Source: Firmicutes bacterium UBA4881 (GTDB lineage Bacteria > Bacillota > DTU065). Taken from it: DNA of 63,824 nt. Within the stretch, counting starts at the first letter, position 1, and each line of letters opens with the position of its first letter. The stretch spans positions 1-63,824 of the forward strand of contig DHDH01000049.1 of NCBI GenBank assembly GCA_002399235.1. Reading direction: 5' to 3'. The position numbers were made by a program, and so were the translations under genes. The notes beneath the pieces were generated by a model that searched no databases, was not told the origin of the DNA, and saw nothing but the letters and a program-made list of their open reading frames with translations. Shown here one piece after another: positions 63,602 through 63,824 of the stretch.

Positions 63602-63824
63602 CTTTAATTATTCTCCCTTCCGCCTCCAATTGGTATTAATACTTTTACTTAGCATATCTATCTAATTCTATCACATCTAAGTACCTTAGGCATATCTAGA
63701 TAAATTTAGCTTAGGCAAATAACTTATCTCTACGCTTATTTAAGCTATATTTAGCTTGTTTATAGTATGTAAGCATATTTAATTAACGCTTGGTTAGTAT
63801 CAAGAAAAGAGATAGCCAAAAGGC

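Overview
Origin-proximal-looking chromosomal segment of an AT-rich, anaerobic, probably spore-forming Bacillota (Firmicutes). Two beta-barrel-like exported proteins hint at a diderm envelope. Most genes are on the minus strand and point towards an rRNA operon whose tandem P1/P2 promoters and boxA lie at the left edge. Housekeeping genes include lysS, greA, dusB, rpmE, fba, pyrG, speE/speB, rlmH, walJ-like MBL hydrolase, pgm, groES/groEL with a perfect CIRCE, murJ, cysE and comB. Interleaved are an lctBCD-type electron-confurcating LDH/Etf operon, an ECF sigma/anti-sigma/TPR cassette, an FNR-box-controlled CopZ/P1B-ATPase/Crp-Fnr module and a lone FRG-domain gene downstream of rlmH. I saw no tRNA, CRISPR array, transposase or prophage gene. 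The best leads are: (1) a PlsAR/Ger-like ether-lipid reductase operon with an unusual split and domain order behind a sigG/sigF-like promoter; (2) an autoregulated three-gene HTH / unknown / acyl-thioester-reductase-like operon; (3) a catalytically dead M1 peptidase fused to a beta-barrel-like domain; (4) an isolated DnaA-box cluster; (5) unusual translation and attenuation signals, namely hairpins between SD and start codon at pyrG and fba, leader terminators at greA and speE, and ATC/CTG start codons; (6) three small genes missing from the ORF track (ferredoxin, Spo0E-like, coiled-coil). All family calls come from motif recognition by eye; no searches were run.
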